Source of the DNA: an uncultured Bacilli bacterium | GTDB taxonomy: Bacteria > Bacillota_I > Bacilli_A > RF39 > UBA660 | Assembly (NCBI GenBank): GCA_947628535.1 | Contig: CANRAF010000001.1 | Span: forward strand, 268-64,267 | Reading direction: 5' to 3' | DNA length: 64,000 nucleotides | In this document: positions 31,001 to 43,089 of the stretch, in pieces | How positions within the stretch are numbered: the stretch's first letter is position 1 | Layout: every line of letters begins with the position of its first letter | Notes under the pieces: generated by a model | Told to the model about the DNA's origin: nothing | Seen by the model: only the letters and a program-made list of their open reading frames with translations | Databases searched by the model: none | Program-made: the position numbers and the translations under genes

Positions 31001-34000
31001 TACTTTATATATATTTGCCAATGTTAAACTTGTGCTGTTTGGTGCTATATACGTTTCTGTACTTTCTTGTTTATAGTTTGCTGTTGTATAAACTCCTTTT
31101 TCTCCACTTACTTTTAGTAACATATTATTTACTACATAACTTCTATATATTTGTGATACGCTTGTTGATGTATTTCCTGCTTCATCCTTACAGAATAAGT
31201 AATATTGACCAGCCTTATTTACTTCTGATGTTGTTGAGTAGTCTTTACTTGATGTTATTGAAGTATAATCACTATCTGTTGGTGCTGATTTTGTGCCAAA
31301 GTAGTATTTTGTTACTCCAGCTGTATCTGTACATGATAATGTTGCTGTTTGTTTTGCTGATTTTAATGTATTTGTTGTTGTTATTTTTCCTACCGGTTTT
31401 GTTGTATCATTACATTTTGCATATAGAGTTACTGATGCTGGACTTGTTGCCGTTGGTGTATAACTTGTTGTATAATCTGTACCATTTCCATCTGCTTGTG
31501 AATTCCATACACATGTATTTCCATCCTTACTTATTGTTTGAAGTGGAACTGCTACTGGTTTCCAGTTAGCTGTTAATGTTACTTCTCCATTTTTGTCTCT
31601 TAAGTTCTTAAAGTATGTATTTGTTGTTGTATCTCCTGTCCATATTCCATATGTTGGTAATGTTGATTCGCTTGGCCCTGCTCCTACTATCACTTCTCTT
31701 GATGATTCTCTTATTGTTCCTACTGCTGCTTTCTCATTGACTTTTTCTCCATCTAGATATATTTTCATTGTACTTCCATCATAGGTTGCTACTACCGTGT
31801 GCCATTCTTTAAATGGTATTGCTCCTGTACATACTGATGTCTGTGATGTATCTGTACTATTTAATGCAAATTGAAAACATGCTGCATTTGTATTTTGTTC
31901 CACATAAAATTCAAATCCATTTTTATTACTATAATTATCTATTAGTGCTCCCCCATTTTCTGTTCCTGCTTTTGTATAGAATTTTGCTACTACTGTTATT
32001 TTTTTTCCAAAATCTTTATTCCTTAATGATGTTGTAAAATAATCACTTGTTCCATTTAATTCTAATCCATTATAGAATATTCTATAAAATAATTGATTTG
32101 CATTTGTCGTATAGTTAAATGAATTAGTAAAGTTTTCTTTAATTTCAGCGTCTGTTAATACATCATTTATTATTAATGCTCTTGATATTAATCCATTATA
32201 ATAATTTCTTGTTCCTCCAGTTGTTTTACTTGCTGATGATGTTAGGCCTGCTGAGGCGTTACTTGTCCAGCCAGCAAATACTTGAGATTTACTATAATAT
32301 GGTCCTATTGTTGCTCCAGTGCCATTTTCTTCTCCTTTTACTGTTACTGTCTTTATTGGTGTTGAACAATATATTTCTTCGTCATATGTTCCGCTTGTTG
32401 GGCAATTACCATTATAATTTATTCCTCCATTCATTTCATATTTTATTGTGTATGTATTTGCATCAAACTTACCATATAAAGTTGCATTTGATGTCGGTGT
32501 ATATGATGCTCCTCCATTTTTAACTTTTGTTGTATATGTTCCTTCTTTATACCAACCATTAAATGTATATCCTGTTAATGTTGCATTTGGTAATGTTACT
32601 GCACTTGTTGTATATTTTGCGTACAATGTATGATTGCTTTCACTTATTAGGTTACTAGAATTGGATACTTTATTTACTAAGTTTTTATCGCTATACCATC
32701 CTTCAAATGTATTTGTACTTTTTTCACTTTTTGGATATGTACTACTTACTGTTTTTCCATAACTATATGTTGTTGTATAAGCATCTTTTGTAGTATTTGG
32801 TAAGTTTTTATATGTTTTATAGGCTACTAAATGATTACCTACTACATTTCCTCCATTATATTCTAAATTTACTGTTGTCCCATACACTCTTGTGGGCCTT
32901 AATACCCAAAATAAATCTTTGGCATATATCTCATATAATCTTGTAAATCCTGTTTTAGTACTGTTTTTATCATAATGTTTTACCCCTGCACTTGTAAAAT
33001 CTATAAACTTTGGATATCCATCACTATCTTGCCCTACATACATAAATGATTCTATTTTGCTCGTATTATTTGTTAAGTCAAATATTATATCTCCATATTC
33101 TAAATCATTTACACCTATTCCTATACTAAATCCATTATTTCTTGCTCTTATTAGCTTTTCTCTATCTCCATTATCATTACCTCTTAAATATCTTCCTCCA
33201 TATAATCCTGGCACCAACATCTCTCTTATGTTTTTTTGATTTCCTGTTAAATTTGCTGCCTTTGTATCTGTTTTCATATAGTATATTTTTTTCTTTTCTG
33301 TTCCTACTGTTACATCCTTAGTATTAAATAGTGCTGTAAGCATATCATTTTCGTTATTACTTTTAGCTCTTATATATCCTATATCTATTCCTAGACTATT
33401 ATAATAAATCATTTTAGCAAATTCTCCATCTGATAAAGTTATTGTACTTGTTATATTATCTAAATCTTTTTTGTAGTTATTTGTTATTGCACTTCCATTA
33501 TTTGTTATTTTTCCATTTTTCACTAAATTTTCAAATTTTGTTATTTCTTCTTCCATTTTTGTTATATTTATTCCGTTTATTGTTGGATTTACTTTTGTTT
33601 TTAACTCTCCTAATTGTAATGTTTCTCCTTCGTTTGTTGTTATTTTCATTCCTTTATTTGTTATATCTTTATCTGTTGTTACTTTTACTTTGTATTTATA
33701 TGTGTATGTTGGATTGTCATTACTGTAAACATTATCTACCATTCCACTATTTGGGATTATTTCATCTACTTTCCAAGTAATAGTTTTACTATTTTTATCA
33801 TAACTACAATTATTGCAACTATTTTCAACATATTCTGTACCATCTGGTATTTTATTTGTTATAGATAGATTTTTATATTGATAACTAGCACTATTTGTTG
33901 CATATTTCCATGTATATTTATTTGCTTCACAAGCACTCTTAGTGTAATACGCACCTCTTGAACAATAACTATAATTTGCTTTATTTTGTATTGTTAAATT

Positions 34001-35305
34001 ATAAGTTATTTCATCGCCCTCATTTACAGAATTTTTATCACTAATTGTATTATATGTTCTTCCATTTGTTCCATATTTTACATCTTCATATGCATATTGT
34101 CTTATTTTTAATCTTGATAGCTTTTCTCTTGCTACTGAATTATCTATTACATTTTGATCTACTGCTTTAGAAAAATCATCTGATTCTGTTGGTATAGTAC
34201 AAACATTAGTCCCGTTACAAAATTGATTTATAGGTCTTTCAACTGATATTCTATAACCTATTTGAGTACTAGTCTCAGTTAATATTTTTGTTGGGAACCA
34301 TTCTTCTACTGTATCATATCTGATTCCATATGTATCATCACCAGTGCTTTTCATTGATCCGTCTGAATTATAAGTATAATCAGCCCCATATGAATGAATA
34401 AGACCCTGTTCATTTTTATTTATAGCTCCTCCTACATATATCATTACATGACCAGGACTTCCTGATACACTCCCATCTGCATTTTTATTTCTAAATGCAT
34501 AATTAATAATATCTCCTGGTTGTAAAATACTTTTTAGTTCTGCTATAACCTTTGTACTTTTGCCTGCAATCTCTTTTTGAACTGCACTCACAGTTGTACC
34601 TTCTGCTTCAAAGTAATATACTGCTTGAGTTTTATTATTTTTATTATTATTTAAATAAGAGCCTGTTGTACTACTTACGTTGGTTTTATTATTGCTTGCC
34701 GTTTGTTTAGATATTGCAGCAAAATAACGTGTATCTACCCCTAAACCAACATTATTTACTTCTTTTTGGAACCATCCTTGATTTTGTTTAGTAGTATAAA
34801 AAATATCTGGATAATTTTTTATATTGCTGTCTGACATATTATAATATGGATATTTTTTACCATCATAAAAATATGAATAAGTCCCATTTTTATAATAATT
34901 AGAAAAATCATAACCTAAAGCATTTTTATAAACAATATACACAAATCCTGAACAATCGATGAAAAAATCATTAGTCATAGTTGTTTGTTCTGGAGTAACA
35001 TTTAAATTTCTCCAGGCCATTGTTCCGCTTACTGTAGCCTTTGTGAATCCATAATTTGTATCCTTTAAATTTTGTCCATAATCAGTATATAAATTATTAT
35101 AGTAATAACTTAATGCAGTTGCAACTACCATATCCTGCATTTTTTGTCTAGTAAATGTTTTATTTGTTATTGCATATGAATTTGATACTTTATATAATAT
35201 AAATACTCCTGCCATTAAGATTATTAAACATATTAAGCCCAAAAATACTTTTTTATATTCTTTTACTTTATTTAATACCCCCCCCCCAAGCATAATTTTC
35301 TTCAT
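28025..35305 (-). CDS. 2426-aa cell-surface protein: NlpC/P60-like domain, DUF11-like domain, InlB B-repeats, LamG-like domain, tandem repeats, VPDTG sorting signal
   Basis: AAGGAG RBS, signal peptide, DCSGFV and GHVMIYVG, WHTVVATYDG, TF/EGWY repeats, VPDTG plus TM plus basic tail. Confidence 0.85.
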   Translation of the reverse strand: MKKIMLGGGVLNKVKEYKKVFLGLICLIILMAGVFILYKVSNSYAITNKTFTRQKMQDMVVATALSYYYNNLYTDYGQNLKDTNYGFTKATVSGTMAWRNLNVTPEQTTMTNDFFIDCSGFVYIVYKNALGYDFSNYYKNGTYSYFYDGKKYPYYNMSDSNIKNYPDIFYTTKQNQGWFQKEVNNVGLGVDTRYFAAISKQTASNNKTNVSSTTGSYLNNNKNNKTQAVYYFEAEGTTVSAVQKEIAGKSTKVIAELKSILQPGDIINYAFRNKNADGSVSGSPGHVMIYVGGAINKNEQGLIHSYGADYTYNSDGSMKSTGDDTYGIRYDTVEEWFPTKILTETSTQIGYRISVERPINQFCNGTNVCTIPTESDDFSKAVDQNVIDNSVAREKLSRLKIRQYAYEDVKYGTNGRTYNTISDKNSVNEGDEITYNLTIQNKANYSYCSRGAYYTKSACEANKYTWKYATNSASYQYKNLSITNKIPDGTEYVENSCNNCSYDKNSKTITWKVDEIIPNSGMVDNVYSNDNPTYTYKYKVKVTTDKDITNKGMKITTNEGETLQLGELKTKVNPTINGINITKMEEEITKFENLVKNGKITNNGSAITNNYKKDLDNITSTITLSDGEFAKMIYYNSLGIDIGYIRAKSNNENDMLTALFNTKDVTVGTEKKKIYYMKTDTKAANLTGNQKNIREMLVPGLYGGRYLRGNDNGDREKLIRARNNGFSIGIGVNDLEYGDIIFDLTNNTSKIESFMYVGQDSDGYPKFIDFTSAGVKHYDKNSTKTGFTRLYEIYAKDLFWVLRPTRVYGTTVNLEYNGGNVVGNHLVAYKTYKNLPNTTKDAYTTTYSYGKTVSSTYPKSEKSTNTFEGWYSDKNLVNKVSNSSNLISESNHTLYAKYTTSAVTLPNATLTGYTFNGWYKEGTYTTKVKNGGASYTPTSNATLYGKFDANTYTIKYEMNGGINYNGNCPTSGTYDEEIYCSTPIKTVTVKGEENGTGATIGPYYSKSQVFAGWTSNASAGLTSSASKTTGGTRNYYNGLISRALIINDVLTDAEIKENFTNSFNYTTNANQLFYRIFYNGLELNGTSDYFTTSLRNKDFGKKITVVAKFYTKAGTENGGALIDNYSNKNGFEFYVEQNTNAACFQFALNSTDTSQTSVCTGAIPFKEWHTVVATYDGSTMKIYLDGEKVNEKAAVGTIRESSREVIVGAGPSESTLPTYGIWTGDTTTNTYFKNLRDKNGEVTLTANWKPVAVPLQTISKDGNTCVWNSQADGNGTDYTTSYTPTATSPASVTLYAKCNDTTKPVGKITTTNTLKSAKQTATLSCTDTAGVTKYYFGTKSAPTDSDYTSITSSKDYSTTSEVNKAGQYYLFCKDEAGNTSTSVSQIYRSYVVNNMLLKVSGEKGVYTTANYKQESTETYIAPNSTSLTLANIYKVPTHATESTFKGISTGAASETAASVSQTVPSLTADSTYSMWFDRTEYEITVATDGNGSHKVTAQSNKTGVTATTSGTSGNKSLTARSGETITSTATANTGYTFSKFTGLSTSSESPAIVTVGSAGTITSTFIPNTYTITLNSNGATTDAQPGSLQITYNTKVITPSTITIPKKEHTVSGFKTSKESNSDNATVSSTNELTSTATFEGWYTEASSGSLVLSNATSPVLQNNITGYTDTSGNWIRNAATTLYARWQAQKITLPTIEKEGYICGWTEKENGKEITYASGSQYTPTENVTLYGVCETKLNEVKINLNSNGATTDVQPGSLQITYNTKTLNPSSITLPKKEYKIRGFTTSEGNDSDNATVSSTNELTSTATFEGWYTEASSGSLVLSNATSPVLQNNITGYTDENGNWSKFGTTTLYAKWSAMPSVTLPTITKAGYTCGWTEKENGKEITYETGGEYTPTKSITTMYGTCSKNIITNTYTLTLEENGASIENKALICTGESNCEIVLPDITREGYEIIGYASSSTAKEKEYEVGDRIILSSDTTLYAITKKKLTATFKTTNSDLTITKASESCYIYNEETGCNITLPNITATGYEILGFSTTDEDMGILEGNIVTLTQDTTYYARAKKIKEFTAVFIFNGNEERLSCRTTGDSCKIVTPQKTVTDGEFLGWSLTNGGSVDYNVGIEITLTKDITLYGVYKKEEIKPPETSTYTLTLEENGASIENKTLSCTGEGNCEIVLPDITREGYEIIGYASSNTAKEKEYAVGDRITITDNMTLYAITKKKLTAKFETPNNKIKISKASESCYIYNKELACDITLPEVEETNYEIIGFSISSEDEGIKPGSKISITKDEIYKLRIDETVKILTATFIYKNGKEEISCKTTYNSCSVIAPQRSIKNGILLGYSIIENGEVLYKVGEEIKLDSDRIFYAKYKVIEEQNKKKEEIEGTVIEVPDTGSFISIIGIILGLSLVSVGAYEVYNRNKTKK
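28160..29557 (-). repeat. two intragenic repeats, period 699 bp (233 aa)
   Basis: TYTLTLEENGASIENK...CEIVLPDITREGYEIIGYASS occurs twice; cttgctcc anchor at 28824 and 29523. Outer limits approximate. Confidence 0.85.
29580..30586 (-). repeat. two intragenic repeats, period 516 bp (172 aa), with near-identical core
   Basis: gttgctccgttact anchor at 30051 and 30567; DNATVSSTNELTSTATFEGWYTEASSGSLVLSNATSPVLQNNITGYTD identical in both copies. Confidence 0.9.
35278..35287 (-). repeat. G10 homopolymer within codons 7-10 of the giant surface protein
   Basis: ctt-ggg-ggg-ggg-gta (L-G-G-G-V). Confidence 0.9.
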
Positions 35306-35400
35306 TTGGACTCACTCCTTTAGTTTCTTATAGTTTTATTATAACATAAGGTACAAAAAAAAGAAACCAATTAATTGGTTTCTTATTATTTTGTTACTTA

Positions 35401-36585
35401 TTATTCAATAACTGATGAAACTACACCAGCACCAACTGTTCTACCACCTTCACGGATTGAGAATTGAGTTCCGTTTTCGATAGCAATTGGGTGGATTAAT
35501 TCTACTGTCATATTAACATTGTCACCAGGCATAACCATTTCAACACCTGCAGGTAATTCAATTACACCAGTAACATCTGTTGTTCTGAAATAGAATTGTG
35601 GTCTGTAGTTTGCGAAGAATGGAGTATGACGTCCACCTTCTTCTTTAGATAATACATAAACTTCAGCAGTAAATTTCTTATGAGGTGTAACTGAACCTGG
35701 TTTAGCAAGTACTTGTCCACGTTCAACTTCTTCTCTGGAAATTCCACGAAGTAATACTCCGGCATTATCTCCTGCTTCAGCATAATCTAAAGATTTTTTA
35801 AACATTTCAATTCCTGTAACAACTGTTTTCTTAGTTGGTTTAATACCAACAATTTCAACTTCGTCATTAAGGTTTAATTTACCACGTTCAACACGTCCTG
35901 TAACAACTGTTCCACGTCCTGTGATTGTGAATACATCTTCAATACTCATTAAGAATGGTTTTTCAGTATCACGTTCAGGAGTTGGAATCCATTCATCAAC
36001 TGCATCCATAAGTTCTTTAATTTTTTCAACATATTTTGGATCTCCTTCAAGAGCTTTAAGTGCAGATCCAGAAATGATTGGAGTGTTGTCACCATCATAG
36101 TCATATTCATTAAGTAGATCTCTAACTTCCATTTCTACTAATTCAAGTAATTCAGGATCATCTACCATATCACATTTATTTAAGAATACAACCATTTTTG
36201 GTACTCCAACTTGACGTGATAATAGAATATGTTCTCTAGTTTGAGCCATTGGTCCATCTGTAGCAGCAATTACTAAGATTGCACCATCCATTTGTGCTGC
36301 ACCAGTAATCATGTTTTTAACATAATCGGCATGTCCTGGGCAGTCTACGTGAGCATAATGTCTTTTTGCAGTTTCATACTCAACGTGTGCGGTATTAATT
36401 GTAATACCACGTTCTCTTTCTTCAGGAGCTTTATCAATGTTTGCATAATCTACAAACTCTGCTCCACCTTGTTCTGCTAAAACTTTTGTAATAGCAGCTG
36501 TTAGTGTTGTTTTACCGTGGTCTACGTGACCTATTGTACCAACATTAACATGTGGTTTACTACGGTCAAATTTTTCTTTTGCCAT
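35401..36585 (-). CDS. tuf: elongation factor Tu
   Basis: [21 protein letters not shown]. Confidence 0.99.
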   Translation of the reverse strand: MAKEKFDRSKPHVNVGTIGHVDHGKTTLTAAITKVLAEQGGAEFVDYANIDKAPEERERGITINTAHVEYETAKRHYAHVDCPGHADYVKNMITGAAQMDGAILVIAATDGPMAQTREHILLSRQVGVPKMVVFLNKCDMVDDPELLELVEMEVRDLLNEYDYDGDNTPIISGSALKALEGDPKYVEKIKELMDAVDEWIPTPERDTEKPFLMSIEDVFTITGRGTVVTGRVERGKLNLNDEVEIVGIKPTKKTVVTGIEMFKKSLDYAEAGDNAGVLLRGISREEVERGQVLAKPGSVTPHKKFTAEVYVLSKEEGGRHTPFFANYRPQFYFRTTDVTGVIELPAGVEMVMPGDNVNMTVELIHPIAIENGTQFSIREGGRTVGAGVVSSVIE

Positions 36586-36668
36586 ATTTTTAATTTCCTC
36601 CTTTTTTTATTTCAATTATTATTGTATCTAACAATTGAAGATTTTTCAACTGTTTCTACCTTTTTTTG

Positions 36669-38738
36669 TTAATTACCGCTTTTTTTAATTATTTCTTCGG
36701 CAATTGATTTTGGTACTTCTTCATAATGATCTGCAACCATTTGGAATGTTCCACGTCCTTGAGTATTTGATCTTATACTTGTTGCGTATCCAAACATTTC
36801 AGATAGTGGTACCATTGCAGAAAATTTGATTGAATTTCCACGAGATTCTTGTGAAAGTGGTTTCCCCCTTCTTGCAGTAATATCACCCATTACATTACCA
36901 AAATATTCTTCTGGTACGACAATGTCAACTTTCATAATTGGTTCAAGAATTATTGGTTGACATTTATTTTTAGCTTCTTTAAGTGCAAGTGATGCTGCAA
37001 CTTTAAAGGCCATTTCACTTGAATCGACATCATGGTATGAACCATCATATAGAGTAGCTTTTACATCTATCATTGGGAAGCCAGCAAGAATACCTGTTTT
37101 TAGGGCATCTTGCAATCCTTTATCAACTACAGGAATATATTCTCTTGGAACTACTCCTCCAACTATTTCATCAACAAATTCATAACCTTTGTCATGATTT
37201 GGTTCAAATCTTACCCATACGTGTCCATATTGTCCACGACCACCAGATTGTTTAATATACTTACCTTCACATTCTCCTGACCTAGTTATTGTTTCACGAT
37301 AAGCAACTTGTGGTTTACCAACATTTGCTTCCACATGGAATTCTCTTTTCATACGATCCACTAGAACATCTAGATGAAGTTCTCCGATACCTGCGATTAT
37401 TGTTTGTCCTGTTTCAACATCTGTATGAACTTTGAATGTTGGATCTTCTTCTGCTAATTTTTGAAGTGCTATTGCCATTTTATCTTGATCAGCTTTTGAT
37501 TTTGGTTCAATAGCAAGTTCAATTACTGGATCTGGTACATCAATTGATTCAAGGATAATTGGTTTCTTTTCATCACATAAAGTGTCCCCTGTTGTTGTAT
37601 TTTTAAGTCCTACTGCTGCTGCAATATCTCCAGTCCATACTTCTGATATTTCTGTTCTATCATTAGCATGCATTTGAAGAATACGACCAATTCTTTCTTT
37701 TGAATTTTTAGTACTATTTAATACATATGAACCACTTGCTAAGTGTCCTGAGTACACTCTAAAGAATGTTAGACGTCCAACGAATGGATCTGTCATTACT
37801 TTAAATGCTAAAGCACTGAAAGGTTCTTCATCTGATACTTTTCTATCGTCTTCTTCTCCTTTGGCATTTGTCCCTTTAATTGCAGGAATATCAATAGGAG
37901 ATGGTAAGTAATCTATAACTGCATCAAGTAATAATTTTATTCCTTTATTACCAAGAGCAGTACCACACATGAATGGGAAGAATTCTGCTTTTAAAACACC
38001 ATTTCTAATAGCACGTTTTATCATCTCTACTGAAACTTCTTCACCTTCAAGATATTTTTCCATTAATTCATCATCGAATTCAGCTATTGCTTCGATCATA
38101 TTAGTTCTATATTCTTCTACTTTAGATTTCATATCTTCTGGTATATCAATTTCTTCAGCATTTTCTTCTGCTCCACCATCATAATGATATGCTTTTAAAG
38201 TTATTAAATCTATTATTCCATTAAAATCACTTTCTGCTCCAATTGGAAGTTCTATTGCTGCAGTATTTGCTCCAAGTCTATCTTTAACACTTTGTAAGCT
38301 CATATAAAAATCTGCCCCTAATTTATCCATTTTATTTGAGAAGATAATTCTAGGTACGTGATATTCATTAGCTTGTCTCCATACAGTTTCACTTTGTGGT
38401 TCTACACCAGCATTTGAATCTAGTAAAAGTACAGCACCATCTAGAACTCTTAAACTACGTTGTACTTCAACTGTGAAGTCTACGTGTCCAGGAGTATCAA
38501 TGATGTTATATCTATATCCTTTCCAGAAAGCTGTTGTTGCTGCTGAAGTGATTGTAATTCCACGTTCTTTTTCTTGCTCCATCCAGTCCATTTGAGAAGC
38601 ACCATCATGAGTTTCTCCTATTTTATGGATTTTCTTTGTATGGAATAAAATACGTTCAGTTGCTGTAGTTTTTCCGGCATCGATATGAGCCATAATTCCG
38701 AAATTTCTTGTTTTTTCTAAACTAGTTTGTCTTGCCAT
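36669..38738 (-). CDS. fusA: elongation factor G
   Basis: [26 protein letters not shown]. Confidence 0.99.
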   Translation of the reverse strand: MARQTSLEKTRNFGIMAHIDAGKTTATERILFHTKKIHKIGETHDGASQMDWMEQEKERGITITSAATTAFWKGYRYNIIDTPGHVDFTVEVQRSLRVLDGAVLLLDSNAGVEPQSETVWRQANEYHVPRIIFSNKMDKLGADFYMSLQSVKDRLGANTAAIELPIGAESDFNGIIDLITLKAYHYDGGAEENAEEIDIPEDMKSKVEEYRTNMIEAIAEFDDELMEKYLEGEEVSVEMIKRAIRNGVLKAEFFPFMCGTALGNKGIKLLLDAVIDYLPSPIDIPAIKGTNAKGEEDDRKVSDEEPFSALAFKVMTDPFVGRLTFFRVYSGHLASGSYVLNSTKNSKERIGRILQMHANDRTEISEVWTGDIAAAVGLKNTTTGDTLCDEKKPIILESIDVPDPVIELAIEPKSKADQDKMAIALQKLAEEDPTFKVHTDVETGQTIIAGIGELHLDVLVDRMKREFHVEANVGKPQVAYRETITRSGECEGKYIKQSGGRGQYGHVWVRFEPNHDKGYEFVDEIVGGVVPREYIPVVDKGLQDALKTGILAGFPMIDVKATLYDGSYHDVDSSEMAFKVAASLALKEAKNKCQPIILEPIMKVDIVVPEEYFGNVMGDITARRGKPLSQESRGNSIKFSAMVPLSEMFGYATSIRSNTQGRGTFQMVADHYEEVPKSIAEEIIKKSGN

Positions 38739-38753
38739 ATTTTATTTCCTTTC

Positions 38754-39221
38754 CTACCACTTATAATGAGCGAATGCTTTATTTGCTTCGGCCATTCTGT
38801 GAGTATCTTCACGTTTTTTTACTGCTGCACCAGTATTATTTGATGCATCAATTATTTCATTTGCTAAGTTTTCAGCCATACCATGACCTCCTCTTAGTCT
38901 TGCATAATTTATTAACCATCTAAGTCCTAGAGTTTGTGATCTTTCAGCTGATACTTCAATAGGAACTTGATAATTAGATCCACCAACACGACGTGATTTA
39001 ACTTCTAAAGCTGGTTTAATATTTTCAAGTGCTTCATTAAATACTTCCATTGGTTCTTTGCCTGTTTTTTCTTTTATCATATCAAAGGCACTATATAAGA
39101 TTTTTTCTGCTTTACCTCTTTTTCCATCTATCATCATTGAGTTAATTAATTTTGTAACAACTTTTGATTTATATATAGGATCTGGTAAAACATCTCTTTT
39201 TTCTGCTCTTCTTTTACGCAT
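38754..39221 (-). CDS. rpsG: 30S ribosomal protein S7
   Basis: [22 protein letters not shown]. Confidence 0.99.
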   Translation of the reverse strand: MRKRRAEKRDVLPDPIYKSKVVTKLINSMMIDGKRGKAEKILYSAFDMIKEKTGKEPMEVFNEALENIKPALEVKSRRVGGSNYQVPIEVSAERSQTLGLRWLINYARLRGGHGMAENLANEIIDASNNTGAAVKKREDTHRMAEANKAFAHYKW

Positions 39222-39246
39222 TTTTGTTTTCCTCCTTTATATTTTA

Positions 39247-39657
39247 TTATTTTCCTTTTTTAGTTCCGTATTTTGAACGAGCTTTTTTACGATCTTTAAC
39301 TCCTTGTGTATCCATTGTTCCACGAACAATATGATAACGTACACCGATTAAGTCTTTAACACGTCCGCCACGAATTAGTACAACACTATGTTCTTGAAGA
39401 TTATGTCCTTCTCCAGGAATATAAGCATCTACTTCTTTACCGTTTGATAAACGAACACGAGCATATTTTCTTAATGCTGAGTTTGGTTTCTTTGGTGTTT
39501 TTGTTCCTACACGCACACATACTCCACGTTTTTGTGGTGATGCAGTATTAACATTTTTCTTCTTTAATGTGTTCATTCTAACTCCGAGTACTGGAGATTT
39601 AGACTTTCTTGTTTTGTCTTTTCTATTCTTTCTTACTAATTGATTTATTGTTGGCAT
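39247..39657 (-). CDS. rpsL: 30S ribosomal protein S12
   Basis: [18 protein letters not shown]. Confidence 0.99.
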   Translation of the reverse strand: MPTINQLVRKNRKDKTRKSKSPVLGVRMNTLKKKNVNTASPQKRGVCVRVGTKTPKKPNSALRKYARVRLSNGKEVDAYIPGEGHNLQEHSVVLIRGGRVKDLIGVRYHIVRGTMDTQGVKDRKKARSKYGTKKGK

Positions 39658-39871
39658 AACTTCTCCTTTCTACACACATACCCAGGTGTATCATTTTTTC
39701 TAATTTTTATTAGGTTTACCGAAATAAACCTAAATAAAATTCAACGTTTGTAATATAACATTTTGATTTTAGTTTGTCAATAATATTTGGTAAATTTTGT
39801 TATACACTTTTATTGTATGCAATAAAAATTTAATTATTTTGATTTTTTATTTAATATAAAAAGAACAATTA

Positions 39872-42403
39872 TTACAACTGTTCTTTTAATCTTTCTAGTT
39901 TTTCTTCTTCTTCTTTTAATTTTTTTCTGTCTTGTTCAACAACATTTGCAGGGGCTTTATTTACATAGTTCTCATTTGCTAAAAGTTTTTTTCTTTTATT
40001 TATTGAAGCTTCTAATTTTTCTATTTCAGTTTTTAAAATATTTTTATCTATTTCTTTTCCTTTTTGAAAATAAACTATGTTAATATATGGAGATTTATAT
40101 TCATATTTTTCTCCTTCTTTTTCTTTATTTAGATTTTCATAGGTTATTTTTAACATGTTTTTATAGATATCTTCTACTTCTTTTTCGGCCTTTAAAGATA
40201 TACCTGCTTCTTTGGTAATGTTATTTGTAACTTTTAAGTTTCTTATATTTGTAATATCTTCAATTACTTTATCTAGTTTTTCTTTTTCCTCAAATACTTC
40301 TTTTTTATTATATTTAGGATAACTACTTATCATAATACTTTCTGCTTCTTTTACATTTAGTTTTGAATATATTTCTTCAGTTACATAAGGCATAAATGGA
40401 TGAAGCATTTTTAAAATATCTGTTATTACTTTTAATAATACTTTTTTAGTAGTAGCATTATTTAATTTTGATTTAGATAGTTCTATATAATTATCACAAA
40501 AATCTTCCCAAATAAATTTATAAAGTGCTCCTCCAGCATTGTTAAATTCATATTTTTCCATATTTGTTCTTACGGTTTTTATTGTTTCATTAAGTTTTGT
40601 TAAAATCCATTTATCTTCAATTGATAAATCTTTTCCTTCATAATCTATATTATCTATGTCTTCTATATTCATTAATACAAATCTAGAAGCATTCCAAAGT
40701 TTATTAATGAAGTTCCAAGCTGATTTTACTTTTTCTTCATCATATCTTAAATCCATTCCTGGTGCTGTATTAGTTGTTAGGAAAAATCTTAAAGCATCAG
40801 CGCCATAGGTATCTATTACATCCATCGGATCTACTCCGTTACCTAGGGATTTTGACATTTTTCTGCCCATTTTATCTCTTATTAATCCATGGATTAAACA
40901 GTCTTTAAATGGTCTTTGATTAGTGAAATGCAAGGCTTGAAAAGTCATTCTATTAACCCAAAAAGGAATTATGTCATAGCCTGTAACTAATACATTATTT
41001 GGATAATATCTTTTTAGGTCTTCAGTTTCGTTTGGCCATCCAAGAGTTGAGAAAGGCCAAAGGGCACTTGAAAACCATGTGTCTAATACATCTTCATCTT
41101 GCTTCCAGCCTTCTCCTTTTGGTTTTTCAAGTCCTACATATACTTCTTCTCCTTTATACCAAGCAGGAATTCTGTGCCCCCACCAAAGCTGTCTTGATAT
41201 ACACCAATCATAAGTTATTTCCATCCAGTGATTCATAGTTTTTTCATATCTTGCTGGTACAAAATTTACTTTTGTTTCCTTATTTTTTTGATTTTCTAAT
41301 ATGCGATCTGCGAGAGGTCGCATTTTTACAAACCATTGTTTTGAAAGATATGGTTCTACCATTACTCCTGTTCTTTCTGAATGTCCTACATTATGAGTTA
41401 TCTCTTCTATTTTTATTAAAAGTCCTTCTTTTTCTAAATCTTTTACGATTTCATCACGAGCTTTAAATCTATCTAAACCTTGATATTTACCAGTTTTTTC
41501 ATTCATGGTTCCATCTTCGTTTAAAATATTTATTCTTTCAAGATTATGTCTTTCTCCTACTTCAAAGTCATTAGGATCATGTGCTGGAGTTATTTTTACT
41601 ACTCCTGTTCCAAATTCTGGATCTGCATGTTGATCTGCTATTACAGGAATTTTTTTATTTAGAAGAGGTAGTATTACATTTTTACCTATATATTTTTGAT
41701 ACCTTTCATCATTTTCATTTACTGCAACCGCTGTATCTCCGAGAAGTGTTTCAGGACGAGTTGTTGCTATTTCTAGATAATCGTCTTCTCCTTCTATAAA
41801 GTATTTTATATGATAAAATGCTCCTTTTACTTCTTTATAAATTACTTCTTCATTAGAAAGTGCTGTTTTTGCTTCAGGATCCCAATTAATAATTCTCTCA
41901 CCACGATATATTAATCCTTCGTTATAAAGTCTTACAAATACTTCTTTTACGGCATTTGAAAGGCCTTCATCTAAGGTGAAACGTTCTTTTCTATAATCTA
42001 GACTAAGTCCAAGTTTTGCCCATTGTTTTCTAATGTTTTCAGCATATTCTTCTTTCCATTCCCAAGCTTTTTCAAGAAAACCTTCACGGCCTAGCTCATA
42101 TTTATTTATGCCTTCCTTTTTTAATTTTGCAACAACTTTGGCTTCAGTTGCTATGGCTGCATGATCCATTCCTGGAAGCCACATAGCATCAAATCCATCC
42201 ATTCTCTTATATCTTATAATAATGTCTTGGAGCGCAGTATCCCAGGCATGCCCTAGATGAAGTTTCCCTGTTACGTTTGGTGGTGGTATTACTATACAAT
42301 ATGGATCTTTTGATTTATCTCCACTTTGAAAATATTCTTTCTCTAACCACTTTTTATATTTTCCTTTTTCTACTTCTTTGTGATTATATTTTTTATCTAA
42401 CAT
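39872..42403 (-). CDS. valS: valyl-tRNA synthetase
   Basis: [30 protein letters not shown] and C-terminal coiled coil. Confidence 0.98.
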   Translation of the reverse strand: MLDKKYNHKEVEKGKYKKWLEKEYFQSGDKSKDPYCIVIPPPNVTGKLHLGHAWDTALQDIIIRYKRMDGFDAMWLPGMDHAAIATEAKVVAKLKKEGINKYELGREGFLEKAWEWKEEYAENIRKQWAKLGLSLDYRKERFTLDEGLSNAVKEVFVRLYNEGLIYRGERIINWDPEAKTALSNEEVIYKEVKGAFYHIKYFIEGEDDYLEIATTRPETLLGDTAVAVNENDERYQKYIGKNVILPLLNKKIPVIADQHADPEFGTGVVKITPAHDPNDFEVGERHNLERINILNEDGTMNEKTGKYQGLDRFKARDEIVKDLEKEGLLIKIEEITHNVGHSERTGVMVEPYLSKQWFVKMRPLADRILENQKNKETKVNFVPARYEKTMNHWMEITYDWCISRQLWWGHRIPAWYKGEEVYVGLEKPKGEGWKQDEDVLDTWFSSALWPFSTLGWPNETEDLKRYYPNNVLVTGYDIIPFWVNRMTFQALHFTNQRPFKDCLIHGLIRDKMGRKMSKSLGNGVDPMDVIDTYGADALRFFLTTNTAPGMDLRYDEEKVKSAWNFINKLWNASRFVLMNIEDIDNIDYEGKDLSIEDKWILTKLNETIKTVRTNMEKYEFNNAGGALYKFIWEDFCDNYIELSKSKLNNATTKKVLLKVITDILKMLHPFMPYVTEEIYSKLNVKEAESIMISSYPKYNKKEVFEEKEKLDKVIEDITNIRNLKVTNNITKEAGISLKAEKEVEDIYKNMLKITYENLNKEKEGEKYEYKSPYINIVYFQKGKEIDKNILKTEIEKLEASINKRKKLLANENYVNKAPANVVEQDRKKLKEEEEKLERLKEQL

Positions 42404-42418
42404 TTTATCATCTTCTTT

Positions 42419-43069
42419 CTAATTTTTTGGTTTTACTAGTTTATCTATTTTTTGAATGTCTTCAATAAGACTTTCAAATATTTCATCTCCTTGATATATG
42501 ATTTTATCATATTCTATCCAAAAATCACTAGCAGTTTTGGCGTTTTTACTTACTATTTCTGCTCTATCACCATAATATTTTAAATCTTCTTTAGCTTTTT
42601 CATAGGACATTGCTTTTTGAAGATCATATATTTTAATTTGAAAATCACATTCTATTTTATCAACTTTATAACAAAACTTTGCTTCTTTTGTTTTTCTTTC
42701 ATTAAATTCTTCGAGCAAATTATCTATTTCTTGTTTTTTCAAAAGATTTTTAGTTATTTTGCTAACGCATTCTCGTCCTAGTTTTAATTTTTCTTCTCTT
42801 GTTATGTTTGATCTTATAGTTAAATCTCCCATTATTATTTCTTCAGTTTCATGAAGCGTTAGTATTTTTAAGACTTTTTCCATATCTAAATTTAGTTCGT
42901 ATTCACTTGCTATCATAATTCCAAGAATTAATGTTCCATAGATATGCTCTGCTACACTTTCAATTCTTTCCTTTTCTATTCCTATTTCTACAAACCCTGT
43001 ACGAAGTCGTTCTTTTAAGGTATTTGCATATAAGTAAAATCTTATAATGTTTTGGTTTTTCTCTTTCAT
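42419..43069 (-). CDS. HD-domain hydrolase (HD_3/YfbR-like, HE variant)
   Basis: LKERLRTG, ESVAEH, LHETEEIIMGD, DKIE. Confidence 0.8.
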   Translation of the reverse strand: MKEKNQNIIRFYLYANTLKERLRTGFVEIGIEKERIESVAEHIYGTLILGIMIASEYELNLDMEKVLKILTLHETEEIIMGDLTIRSNITREEKLKLGRECVSKITKNLLKKQEIDNLLEEFNERKTKEAKFCYKVDKIECDFQIKIYDLQKAMSYEKAKEDLKYYGDRAEIVSKNAKTASDFWIEYDKIIYQGDEIFESLIEDIQKIDKLVKPKN

Positions 43070-43089
43070 CTTTTACCTCTTTTCTATAA

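Noticed and set aside
39660-39735. Possible structured leader upstream of rpsL
   Set aside because: A hairpin (39711-39732) and an ACCTGGGTATGTG motif are present, but I cannot assign a family or function with confidence.
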